Origin: Capsulimonadales bacterium
Lineage (GTDB): Bacteria; Armatimonadota; Armatimonadia; Armatimonadales; Armatimonadaceae
Assembly (NCBI GenBank): GCA_033762295.1
Contig: JANRLW010000103.1
Coordinates: 1-48,288 of the forward strand
DNA length: 48,288 nucleotides
Direction: 5' to 3'
Shown here: piece after piece, positions 1 through 9,094 of the stretch
Numbering within the stretch: position 1 is the stretch's first letter
Layout: each line of letters opens with the position of its first letter
Notes under the pieces: model-generated
What the model was told of the DNA's origin: nothing
Databases searched by the model: none
What the model saw: the letters and a program-made list of their open reading frames with translations, nothing else
Translations under genes and position numbers: made by a program

Positions 1-335
1 ACGGTCTCCAGCGGCTCAATCGCTCGCACGAGAACGGCTTCCGGCACCCCTTCCGGTCCCGTCACCGCATTCAGGCAGTGATACAGGCCGTAATTGATAT
101 GTATATAGGCATGTCCCGCCGGACCGAACATCGAAGCATTCGAGCGGGTCTTACCGCGAAAAGCGTGACACGCCGGATCGTCCCGGGTGTAGGCTTCACT
201 CTCCACGATACGCCCCACCGCCATCGCCCCGTCTTCGAAGCGGCGTATCAACCTTTTGCCAAGAATCCTTCGCGCAACCAGGACCGTTTCCTGCAGATAA
301 AACGTACGCGCGAGAGGAATAAATCGTCCATCCAC
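1..335 (-). CDS. mpg: DNA-3-methyladenine glycosylase (MPG/AAG family); 3' part runs off the window edge
   Basis: Not in the ORF track. Manual translation from GTG at 335 gives VDGRFIPLARTFYLQETVLVARRILGKRLIRR...GRIVESEAYTRDDPACHAFRGKTRSNASMFGPAGHAYIHINYGLYHCLNAVTGPEGVPEAVLVRAIEP, which carries the MPG motifs GRIVExEAY, MFGPxGxAY and VLxRAxEP. Confidence 0.9.
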   Translation of the reverse strand, partial: MDGRFIPLARTFYLQETVLVARRILGKRLIRRFEDGAMAVGRIVESEAYTRDDPACHAFRGKTRSNASMFGPAGHAYIHINYGLYHCLNAVTGPEGVPEAVLVRAIEPLET

Positions 336-447
336 TCCGACGTCAGTATACCCGGTTTGTTCCGATGAATCATTACTCCGACGAGCCGTGAAGGCATTTC
401 GTCACAACGGATTCCAATACGATGGAACGCTTTCCGGGAGAAACACC

Positions 448-1140
448 TTGTCCGAAAATCCGCCCGCTTCGTCATCGCCGACCTCGCTGCTTCGCGAGGT
501 GCGTGTTGCTTCGCCCTGTTCCGAATCTTGGGACAAAATGCCGGGAACGGAACGCGTCCGCTCCTGCGACCGCTGCCAGCATCGGGTCTATAATCTTTCG
601 GAGATGACCTCCGCCGACGCTGCCGACCTCCTTCGCAAGGCGGAAGGTCGTATCTGTGTCCGCTTTTACCAGCGGTCGGACGGAACGATCATGACCCGGG
701 ACTGCCCGGCCGGACTGCAGGCCGTTCGTCAGCGGACCGTTCGCGCCGCCTCCCTGGCGATTGCGTCCGTCGGAGTCCTTCTCGGGGCCGGGTACATCGG
801 GAAACCTCGCGGAGAACAGCCTCGCTGGTTCCGATGGGCCGCCGGGATCGTGTCGCCGGAAAACCCGTCGTCCGAATTGCCTTACGAAACGCCCGTTGCC
901 ACAGAGGAAGGGGAGGCCGTTCCGGTGGTCGGGCGGGTCGCGTTGCCCATGGCGACGATGGGTGTCATCGCCCCGACAACGGACGAAGCCCTCCCGACGC
1001 CCGACCAGGTCGAGGAACTCGCCGCCAAAAAACGCCGGTTGATGCGCGGCGCGGAAGAGGATGTGCAGCCTTCGGAACGCCCCGATCCCTTTGTCCGGCA
1101 GTCCCGCTCCGCAGGAACGACCGGCGACCGACAAAAATAA
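448..1140 (+). CDS. Hypothetical membrane-anchored protein with a Cys-rich N-terminal domain
   Basis: ORF 388..1140; probable TTG start at 448 after GGAG. Motif SPCxESWDxMxGxERVRxCxxCxxxVYNLSxMT...ICVRFYxRxDGTxxTxDCP is followed by a hydrophobic helix (AASLAIASVGVLLGAG). Confidence 0.7.
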   Translation: MSENPPASSSPTSLLREVRVASPCSESWDKMPGTERVRSCDRCQHRVYNLSEMTSADAADLLRKAEGRICVRFYQRSDGTIMTRDCPAGLQAVRQRTVRAASLAIASVGVLLGAGYIGKPRGEQPRWFRWAAGIVSPENPSSELPYETPVATEEGEAVPVVGRVALPMATMGVIAPTTDEALPTPDQVEELAAKKRRLMRGAEEDVQPSERPDPFVRQSRSAGTTGDRQK

Positions 1141-1176
1141 GGAACGAGAGCGGTCCCGATCGCGGTAGAATGGCGT

Positions 1177-2031
1177 ATGCCGCTCAAACGCTTCGGGCGC
1201 GACAACGCCCCCGTCGAATCCGGGCCGGAGCCGCCGGTCCGGACGAATCCCACCATGACGCGGGCGACCGTCCGCGATCACCTGATCGTCACCTACGCGG
1301 TTCCGCCCGAAAGGGTCGTTCCCCATCTGCCCGAAGGACTGGTTCCGGATCGCCTCCCCAACGTTCAGGGGGACCTTACCGCGTTCGTCCAGGTCACCTG
1401 CGGGCTTTTCCAGTCGGCACGCTGGGCGCCGCTTCCCGAGTTGGCGGGCGATGACTTCTTTCAGGTGACCTTCCGTATCCTGGTTCGGCGGGCCGTTGCC
1501 GAACCGGACCGCGACCGGACCGAAAACCGTGGCGGCGTCTGGGTGATCCGTACTCTGGCAAGCACCGCTGAACGCCACCTCTCTCGCCGATTGGTCGATC
1601 GAAGCGCCGATTTCGCCCGGATACGCCTGTTCGTCGACGGTGATCCGGCGCGCGGACGGTATTCCCTGTATCAGGTACGAGCGGAAGCCGACGACGGACC
1701 GACGAACCTGTCGATCACTTTCCCGGAAATGCCGACCGAATCCGTGCCCGCACCGTTCGGCAGCCTGGCCGACATGACCGGTTTCCTCACCGAACGCCCC
1801 GAACAGTTTTTTCGAATGCCCATACCCGGCTCGGCGGTCGGTTATCTCTCGCTGCGACAGGATCCCGTAACCGCACTGCAGGGCGAACTGACCGCCGCAC
1901 GGATTGCGCCGCTGATCGAGGCGAAACTGCTGACCGGGGACGAGGCCGCGGCGCCACAATCTACCCTGTTGATTCCGTCGGTCACCCTGCAGGCTTATCC
2001 GCCACGCCCGATCCGGTTACGAACGGCGTGA
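1177..2031 (+). CDS. DUF2071/YqjF-like protein
   Basis: RDHLIVTYAVPPERVVPHLPEGLVPD...FFQVTFRILV...GGVWVI and FLTERP resemble DUF2071. TAGAAT lies 5 nt before the ATG. Confidence 0.55.
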   Translation: MPLKRFGRDNAPVESGPEPPVRTNPTMTRATVRDHLIVTYAVPPERVVPHLPEGLVPDRLPNVQGDLTAFVQVTCGLFQSARWAPLPELAGDDFFQVTFRILVRRAVAEPDRDRTENRGGVWVIRTLASTAERHLSRRLVDRSADFARIRLFVDGDPARGRYSLYQVRAEADDGPTNLSITFPEMPTESVPAPFGSLADMTGFLTERPEQFFRMPIPGSAVGYLSLRQDPVTALQGELTAARIAPLIEAKLLTGDEAAAPQSTLLIPSVTLQAYPPRPIRLRTA

Positions 2032-2051
2032 CCGGTCGGGTATCCTTTGCC

Positions 2052-2966
2052 ATGGAAAAGAGAACTTTTGGTAAAACGGGTCTGGAAGTGAGCGTCCTCG
2101 GTTTCGGAGGCGCGGAAATCGGCTTTACCCGGTCCGCTGAGGACACCGTCGGACGCCTTTTGAACTCGGCGCTCGACGCCGGGTTAAATATCATCGACAC
2201 CGCGGAGTGCTACTCGAGCGGCGAGGAGCACCCCTCGAGCGAGGAGTTGATCGGACAGGCGATCTCGCACCGGCGCGGCGAATGTCTCCTGTTCACCAAG
2301 TGCGGCCATGCGTCCCGGTTTCCGGGCGAAACCGACTGGTCCCCGTCTCTCCTCGAAAAAAGTATCGATCGAAGCCTTCAGCGGTTGAAAACGGATTACC
2401 TCGACCTGATCCAGTTGCACTCCTGCGACGAGGCGACGTTACGCCAGGGGGACGTCATCGAGGTGCTCCGCAAGGCGCGCGCGGCAGGCAAAACGCGCTT
2501 TATCGGGTATAGCGGCGACCGGGACAACGCGCGCTACGCGGTGGAGTCCGGAGCGTTCGATACATTGCAGACGAGCGTCAACATCGCCGATCAGGAAGCC
2601 GTCGAACTGACCCTCGAAAAGGCGCAGGCGGCCGGCATGGGCGTCATCGCCAAACGACCGGTCGCCAATGTCGCCTGGCAGCATAACGCCGAGACGATCA
2701 AAGGGCAGTATGGCGAGCCGTACTGGCACCGTTTGCAGGAGCTGGCCTACCCGTTTCTCGCCACTCCCGACGCGGTCAGCATCGCGCTGCGCTTTACCCT
2801 CAGTCTGCCGGGAGTCCATACCGCGATTGTCGGCACGCAAAATCCGGAACGGTGGCGTCAAAACGCCGCTCTGCTGGAAGCCGGCCCCCTCGACCCCGAC
2901 GTGATTCGGGCGATTCGGGACCGATGGAATGAGGTAGCCCGGCCGGACTGGGTCGGTCAAACCTGA
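2052..2966 (+). CDS. Aldo/keto reductase
   Basis: MEKRTFGKTGLEVSVLGFGG, IDTAECY, SEELIG, SLQRLKTDYLDLIQLH, GKTRFIGYS. Confidence 0.92.
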   Translation: MEKRTFGKTGLEVSVLGFGGAEIGFTRSAEDTVGRLLNSALDAGLNIIDTAECYSSGEEHPSSEELIGQAISHRRGECLLFTKCGHASRFPGETDWSPSLLEKSIDRSLQRLKTDYLDLIQLHSCDEATLRQGDVIEVLRKARAAGKTRFIGYSGDRDNARYAVESGAFDTLQTSVNIADQEAVELTLEKAQAAGMGVIAKRPVANVAWQHNAETIKGQYGEPYWHRLQELAYPFLATPDAVSIALRFTLSLPGVHTAIVGTQNPERWRQNAALLEAGPLDPDVIRAIRDRWNEVARPDWVGQT

Positions 2967-3147
2967 CGTAGCAGGCAGCCATCCATTTATCAGGCGTCTT
3001 TGCCGAAATTGATGGCAACCGGAACCGGACGGGAACGTCCGCCGATTCGTGACGTATAATAGTTCTGTACGATCCCCGAAGCGGCGTTCCCTCCGGTTCG
3101 GAATCGCACCACAAGATTTCGGAGTTCGCCGGAAGGTAGACGTTTTA

Positions 3148-5457
3148 GTGAACCAGCCAAATAAAAAGGTATTCATCGGGGCAGCGATCGCCTTTGCGAC
3201 GCTGGGCGTAACCGGGGCGGTCGTTCAATCGCAATCGGCGCCTCAGGGGAACGCCAAACAGGACCTGCGAGACATCGCCCGCGCCCTTGCGTCCACGGGT
3301 GGCATCGCCGCCGGTGATCCCGGCGAGGCGTTGACGATCGCCGCTCGTCGGTTTGCCCATTCCGATTCGCTGGCCGAGGCCGATGATGCCGGTAAAGCCG
3401 CCTTTATCATCGCGCAGATGCTGGCCACCGAACACTATTCCCGAACCCCGGTCGATGAAAAGATCTCGTCGCGCCTGTTCGACCAGTACATCGATAATCT
3501 GGACCCCGGACACTTCTATTTCCTGGCGTCCGATATCGCGGAGTTCGAAAAGTATCGGCCTCAACTCGGCGAAATGCTCAAAAAGGGCGATCTAACCCCC
3601 TCGCGGGCGATTGCCGCCCGTTTCCGTCAGCGTGTCGCCGACCATATGGCCTTTGCCAAGAAGACGCTGGCGAACGCCAATTTTAACTTCAATGCCGACG
3701 AGTCCTTTTCCGTCGACCGGAAGAAAGCACCCTTTCCGGCGAACGAAGAGGAGCAGCAAAAGCTCTGGCTTTCCCGGCTGAAAAACGAATACCTTCTGGA
3801 AACGCTGAATCAGGCGAAACCGGGCGTGCCCCAGACAAAGGAAGCGATCGTCAAGAAACTCGATAACCGCTACCATCGGCTCGAAAAAATGTACGCCGAC
3901 CGGGACGAGAACGACACCAGCGAACGCTATCTTTCCAGCCTGATGCACGTTTACGACCCGCATTCCGATTATCGCGGCAAGGCCAACACGGAAAACTTCA
4001 ACATTCAGATGCGGCTCTCGCTCGTCGGTATTGGCGCACAGTTGCAGGCCGACGATGAAGGCTACGTCAAGATCATGGAACTGATTCCGGGCGGTCCGGC
4101 GATCCGAAGCAAACAGCTGAAGCCGGGCGACCGGATTACGGCCGTCGCTCAGGGAGAAGCGGGCGAACCGGTCGACGTTGTCGATATGAAAACCGATAAG
4201 GTGGTCGAACTGATCCGGGGCAAGAAGGGGACGGTCGTCCGAATTACCGTCATTCCGGCCGACGCGCCCGACACATCGACCCGCAAAACGGTGACGCTGG
4301 TGCGCGACCAGATCCGCCTGGAGGAACAGGCCGCCAAGGGCCGCATCTTCGAGATTCCGTCGGGGAGCGGGACCAGCCGGATCGGTTATATCGAACTGCC
4401 GTCGTTCTACGGCGATGAACGGGGTAAAAGCGCCACCGCCGACGTCAACCTCCTGCTGAAGAAGATGGAAGCCGAAAAGGTGCAGGGGATTATCCTGGAC
4501 CTCCGTCGAAACGGCGGCGGACTCCTCGAGGAGGCGATCAGCCTGACGGGACTCTTTATCAAGTCCGGGCCGGTCGTTCAGGTCAAGGACTCCTCGGGGC
4601 AGCGAGCGGTGCACATGGATAACGATCCGGCGGTCGCCTACGATGGGCCTCTGGTCGTCATGACGTCGCGCCTGTCGGCCTCCGCCTCCGAGATCGTCGC
4701 CGGCGCGCTTCAGGACTATGGGCGTGCCGTAATCGTCGGCGACTCCTCGACGTTCGGCAAGGGAACCGTCCAGAGCGTCATGAGCCTCGGTCCGATCTTG
4801 AAAAGCATCCGGATGGCCGCCAAGGACGATCCGGGATCGTTAACGTTGACCATTCGCAAGTTCTATCGCCCGTCCGGCGCGTCTACACAGTTGGAAGGCG
4901 TCAAACCCGATATTCAATTGCCCTCGGTAACCGATGTGCTGGATATCGCCGAGAAGTCGCTCGATAATCCGTTGCCCTGGGATACCATCGCGGCGGCCAA
5001 CTTCGCGAAGGTGAACCGGGTTCAACCGGTGGTCGAGACCTTGCGACAGCGAACGCAATCGCGCATCGCCTCGGACAAGGAGTTCGCCCTGCTGAAGGAA
5101 CAGGTGGAACTCGCCCGGAAAGTCAGCCAGGAGAAGACCGTCAGTCTGAATCTGGCCCGGCGTAAAGCGGAGAAAACCGAAGCCGAAGCCCGTTCGAAGC
5201 GATGGAAAGCCGCTCTGGCCGCCCTGCCCGTACCCAACGAGAAAATCTATACCCTGAGCCTCGAAGCGGCCGTCAAACCGGGACTCCCGCCGGCGCAGTC
5301 GCCCCGTCAACTGGCCGAGACCAATCGGAAAGCGGCGGAGAACCGGGTAAAGGATGAAAACGAGGAAGAGGACGTGACGACCGCGATCGAGCGGGACGTT
5401 CTCCTGGATGAAGCCAAACGGATCGCTCTCGATTACGTCGCGCTGATGAAGAAATAG
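3148..5457 (+). CDS. prc: Carboxy-terminal processing (tail-specific) protease, S41A family, with PDZ domain
   Basis: Signal peptide after probable GTG 3148; DPHSDY, LVGIGAQL (PDZ), IILDLRRNGGGLL, SASASEIVAGALQDYGRA, TFGKGTVQ, and LPWDTI in the C-terminal part. Confidence 0.93.
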   Translation: MNQPNKKVFIGAAIAFATLGVTGAVVQSQSAPQGNAKQDLRDIARALASTGGIAAGDPGEALTIAARRFAHSDSLAEADDAGKAAFIIAQMLATEHYSRTPVDEKISSRLFDQYIDNLDPGHFYFLASDIAEFEKYRPQLGEMLKKGDLTPSRAIAARFRQRVADHMAFAKKTLANANFNFNADESFSVDRKKAPFPANEEEQQKLWLSRLKNEYLLETLNQAKPGVPQTKEAIVKKLDNRYHRLEKMYADRDENDTSERYLSSLMHVYDPHSDYRGKANTENFNIQMRLSLVGIGAQLQADDEGYVKIMELIPGGPAIRSKQLKPGDRITAVAQGEAGEPVDVVDMKTDKVVELIRGKKGTVVRITVIPADAPDTSTRKTVTLVRDQIRLEEQAAKGRIFEIPSGSGTSRIGYIELPSFYGDERGKSATADVNLLLKKMEAEKVQGIILDLRRNGGGLLEEAISLTGLFIKSGPVVQVKDSSGQRAVHMDNDPAVAYDGPLVVMTSRLSASASEIVAGALQDYGRAVIVGDSSTFGKGTVQSVMSLGPILKSIRMAAKDDPGSLTLTIRKFYRPSGASTQLEGVKPDIQLPSVTDVLDIAEKSLDNPLPWDTIAAANFAKVNRVQPVVETLRQRTQSRIASDKEFALLKEQVELARKVSQEKTVSLNLARRKAEKTEAEARSKRWKAALAALPVPNEKIYTLSLEAAVKPGLPPAQSPRQLAETNRKAAENRVKDENEEEDVTTAIERDVLLDEAKRIALDYVALMKK

Positions 5458-5481
5458 CGAAAAATCGAAACGTCGACCGGT

Positions 5482-6381
5482 TCAGAACGGTCGGCGAAGC
5501 TGACGGAAGGTGGCAAGACGACGACCGGCGTCCTGCCACCTTCCTTTTTGCAACGATCGAACCGCCGATGCCAGCCAGTAACGACGCAGTGTTGCGTATC
5601 GTTCTCGCCCTCCATCCAGCACGGCGATATACTCGGGCGTGTTCGGCGGCGTCCGCGCCAGAACCTTCCGATATAACGCCATCTCATTCCGGTGCATCCG
5701 CCCCTCGCTGCCGGACGCGTTTCCTTCATGCACCCGGTAAAGGAGGGATACGGTCGGCTGAAAGCGGAACGGGCCGACACGGACAAGCCGGAGCCACAGG
5801 TCGAAATCGTCCACACCCCAGAGGTCGGTGTCAAACGGCGGTTCGTCCAGTTTCCCGAGGGCCGATCGACGGATCAACGCCTGCCCCGGGGAAAGCAGGT
5901 AATTCCTTCGGGCAAACGCCTCGAAACAGTCCCCCTCCGGGCCGTCCGGCGGCGTGGAAATCCGCCCGTTCGCCGCTTCCCGGGGCGACAAAGGTGCGTC
6001 GTCCGGGCCGATCAGGCTGACGCGTCCGTACACCATCGAGGCCGCCGGGTCGCTCTCCAGAACACCGACCTGCCGTTCAAGTTTGTCAGCCGGCCAGAGA
6101 TCGTCGTCGTCAAGCAATGCGATAAATCGGCCGCGGGCCGCATCGATTCCCCGGTTTCGCGCGGACGCCTGCCCGGAGTTCTCCTGCCGAAAATAGCGGA
6201 TCGAACCGGCGTCGGCGAGCGGCATGCACAGTTCATGCGTCCGATCCGGCGACCCGTCGTTAACGACGATCACCTCGAAATCCCGGAACGTCTGGTTCGC
6301 CACGGAACGCAGGGAACGCAGAACAAAATCCGCATGGTTATAAGCGGGTATAATGACGGAAACGCAGGGGTGGAGCGACAT
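5482..6381 (-). CDS. Glycosyltransferase family 2
   Basis: Start MSLHPCVSVIIPAYN at ATG 6381; VIVVNDGSPD, ARNRGIDAARGRFIALLDDDDLW, DDFDLWLRL. Confidence 0.9.
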   Translation of the reverse strand: MSLHPCVSVIIPAYNHADFVLRSLRSVANQTFRDFEVIVVNDGSPDRTHELCMPLADAGSIRYFRQENSGQASARNRGIDAARGRFIALLDDDDLWPADKLERQVGVLESDPAASMVYGRVSLIGPDDAPLSPREAANGRISTPPDGPEGDCFEAFARRNYLLSPGQALIRRSALGKLDEPPFDTDLWGVDDFDLWLRLVRVGPFRFQPTVSLLYRVHEGNASGSEGRMHRNEMALYRKVLARTPPNTPEYIAVLDGGRERYATLRRYWLASAVRSLQKGRWQDAGRRLATFRQLRRPF

Positions 6382-6522
6382 TTCGTTTCGTTTGCGGCCT
6401 GTGGGAGCACCTGTTATACTATACCTTCGGAGGGACGCGGGAGGCAAATCCGCCGTCCCGCAGGCACATTCTCCCGGTTGCCACCTGACTTCCTTCCGGT
6501 CGTTGCCGGTATCCATACCGTT

Positions 6523-8007
6523 ATGAACGAGACCACCCACCCCACCGTCGACTCTTCGGAAGGCGGTTCTCCGATCGTCCGGGTACGGAACGTTTCGAAG
6601 CGGTTTACCATCGGTCCCGGACGCGCCGGGGATCTTCGTGAACGGTTCCGCAGTCTTCTCCCTTCCACACGCCGGACGGAGACGGTCGCGGACTTCTGGG
6701 CGTTTCGGGACGTCTCCTTCTCGCTCGACCGGGGTCAGACCCTCGGAATCATCGGTCACAACGGTTCGGGCAAATCGACGCTACTGAAAATCCTGACCGG
6801 TATTCTGCCGCCAACGACCGGCTCGGTCGAAATGCACGGACGAGTCGGCGCACTGATCGAAGTCGGCGCCGGCTTCCATCCGGACCTCACGGGAAGGGAG
6901 AATATCTTCCTGAACGGGTCGCTGCTTGGGTTGTCCCGCCGGGAAATCGCCGAACGTTTCGACGCGATCGTACAGTTCGCCGGCCTCGAAACGTTCATCG
7001 ATACGCCGGTCAAGCGGTACTCCTCCGGCATGTATATGCGGCTCGGGTTTTCGATCGCCGCGCATACGGACCCGGATATCCTGATCGTGGATGAGGTACT
7101 GGCCGTCGGAGACGCCCTTTTTCAGGCGAAATGCATCCGTCACCTGACCCGGTTTATCGAGAACGGCGGGACGGTACTTTTTGTCTCGCATGTCATGGCG
7201 CACGTTCGCGCTATCTGCAAAACCTGTGTCTGGCTGGACCGTGGCGAAGTCCGTTTCGTCGGTCCCACCGAATCCGCGATCGAACGCTACGAAGCCGTGG
7301 TCTCCGAGCGTGAGGAGGAGGAGTTCAAGCGCCGGTATCCCCTGGAATGGGAGACGTTACAGGCCGAGAAACGCCTGTCGGAGGAAACCCGAATATCCCC
7401 ATCCGAATCGGATTCGGAACCCGCCGCCGAACTCCCCCCCTCACCGGAGGAACTTGCGGAGCAACGGCGAACGGAGCATGAGGCGCGCCTTCGCGATCCC
7501 TCGGCCTGCTGTGTGCTTGACCTGCTACTTACGGACCAGGACGGTAACCCGCGCCCTTCGTTTCCGGTCGGCCTCCCGCTCTCCGCCGAGATTCGTTATC
7601 GATTGGGACGTCGTGTTCGGCGTCCCGTCCTCGGTCTGGAGATTTTTCACGCCGACACCGGCCAGCATCTTTTTTCCACCAGCAACTTCGATCACGATCG
7701 CTGGCTGGAACCGGAACCGCACACCGGGCGCGCGCTTCTCACAATCCCCTTCCTTTCGCTCAATGAAGGGCGCTATCGACTCCGTATCAGCATCTACCCC
7801 GACAGCACACAGCCGGACTGGCACCTGGAACCGGAGGACGCGGTCGACGACGCCGGTTATCTGGAAGTCAAAGCCGGGCGATTCGGGCACGGAGTCGTCT
7901 ACCTGCCGGTGGAATGGGCGCTGGTCGTCGATTTGCCGACGGACGGCTTCGGCCCGTCGGAGTCGCCGGTAGCGACGGAAACCGCCATGACGGCCGGACG
8001 AGGGTAA
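6523..8007 (+). CDS. wzt: Polysaccharide ABC transporter ATP-binding subunit with C-terminal Wzt_C carbohydrate-binding domain
   Basis: ATG 6523. Walker A GHNGSGKST, GAGFHPDLTGREN, YSSGMYMRLGF, DEVLAVGDALFQAKC; beta-rich C-terminal domain (LNEGRYRLRISI). Confidence 0.9.
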   Translation: MNETTHPTVDSSEGGSPIVRVRNVSKRFTIGPGRAGDLRERFRSLLPSTRRTETVADFWAFRDVSFSLDRGQTLGIIGHNGSGKSTLLKILTGILPPTTGSVEMHGRVGALIEVGAGFHPDLTGRENIFLNGSLLGLSRREIAERFDAIVQFAGLETFIDTPVKRYSSGMYMRLGFSIAAHTDPDILIVDEVLAVGDALFQAKCIRHLTRFIENGGTVLFVSHVMAHVRAICKTCVWLDRGEVRFVGPTESAIERYEAVVSEREEEEFKRRYPLEWETLQAEKRLSEETRISPSESDSEPAAELPPSPEELAEQRRTEHEARLRDPSACCVLDLLLTDQDGNPRPSFPVGLPLSAEIRYRLGRRVRRPVLGLEIFHADTGQHLFSTSNFDHDRWLEPEPHTGRALLTIPFLSLNEGRYRLRISIYPDSTQPDWHLEPEDAVDDAGYLEVKAGRFGHGVVYLPVEWALVVDLPTDGFGPSESPVATETAMTAGRG

Positions 8008-8013
8008 AAAGAC

Positions 8014-9084
8014 GTGAGGAAGATTGCCAGATCGCTGCTCTCCATTTGCCGCCCCTCGGAAACCGAACGCCAGCTACTGGAAAGGGTCGGAGCGCTGGAG
8101 GCGCAGCTGGCGGAGACGCGACGGGAAGCCGCCTGGGATCGGGAATTCGCCACCCGACGGGCAGAACGCCTGGAGGCGGCGATTGGCGAACTGGCAACGC
8201 TGACGGCACGCCTGGAGAATCTACATACCAAAAGCGACCTGTACCAACAGGAAACGCGCGCACTGATGGAAAAACTGCGCGTTGGCCTGGGACGGATCGA
8301 AGCCCGTCAGACACGGGACGCCGATTGGGACGAAAGCGAATTTCAGGTCTTTTCGCAGTTTGGCGAGGACGGGCTTCTTCATTTGCTGGTTCGCCTGACC
8401 GACATCCCCGATCGTCGTTTCGTTGAGTTCGGGGTCGAGGACTACCGGGAGGCGAATACACGGTTTCTCCTGTATCAGGGATGGTCCGGCCTGGTGATGG
8501 ATGGTCGTGAGGAACATATCGCCGCCATTAAGCGCGACGCGATCTACTGGCGATTCCCGTTAAAGGCCGAAAAGGCGTTCATCACCCGTGAAAACATCGA
8601 CGAACTCCTCGCCTCCAACGGTATGACCGGTGAGATCGGACTGCTCTCCATCGACATTGATGGAAATGATTACTGGGTATGGGAGGCGATCTCCGTCGTC
8701 CGGCCCGCTCTTGTCGTCGTCGAATACAACTATCGGTTCGGCCCATCGGCGACCGTCGCCGTTCCCTACCGGGCGGATTTTACCCGGACCTCCGCGCACC
8801 CGTCGACCATATATTTCGGCGCGTCGCTGGCCGCTCTGTGCGCGCTTGGCACGAAAAAAGGGTACGATTTCGTGGGTTGCGGTAGAAACGGCGTCAATGC
8901 GTTTTTTATTCGGACCGATCTGCGTCCTCCGACACTACCGCGCCTCCAACCGGAGGACGGATTTCGCCCGGGAACGTTCTCCGAATATCATGACGAACAG
9001 GGACGGATCGTCAAACGCTCCGACGAGGAGCAACAGAGACTGCTGATGAGCCTGCCTCTGGTTTCCGTCACGCACCACGAATAA
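8014..9084 (+). CDS. Putative glycan-modifying methyltransferase-like protein (FkbM-related) with N-terminal coiled coil
   Basis: EFQVFSQFGEDG, FVEFGV, EIGLLSIDIDGNDYWVW, VVVEYN, GVNAFF; E/R/L-rich coiled-coil N-terminus. Confidence 0.6.
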   Translation: MRKIARSLLSICRPSETERQLLERVGALEAQLAETRREAAWDREFATRRAERLEAAIGELATLTARLENLHTKSDLYQQETRALMEKLRVGLGRIEARQTRDADWDESEFQVFSQFGEDGLLHLLVRLTDIPDRRFVEFGVEDYREANTRFLLYQGWSGLVMDGREEHIAAIKRDAIYWRFPLKAEKAFITRENIDELLASNGMTGEIGLLSIDIDGNDYWVWEAISVVRPALVVVEYNYRFGPSATVAVPYRADFTRTSAHPSTIYFGASLAALCALGTKKGYDFVGCGRNGVNAFFIRTDLRPPTLPRLQPEDGFRPGTFSEYHDEQGRIVKRSDEEQQRLLMSLPLVSVTHHE

Positions 9085-9094
9085 ATCGCCTTCC

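Noticed and set aside
78..368. Plus-strand 96-aa ORF
   Set aside because: Antisense to the recognisable mpg gene.
5692..6759. Apparent long overlap between the GT2 and wzt ORFs
   Set aside because: Artefact of longest-ORF start calls. The motif-supported starts at 6381 (minus) and 6523 (plus) do not overlap. The same applies to the extended starts at 11578, 16416, 17357 and 20117.
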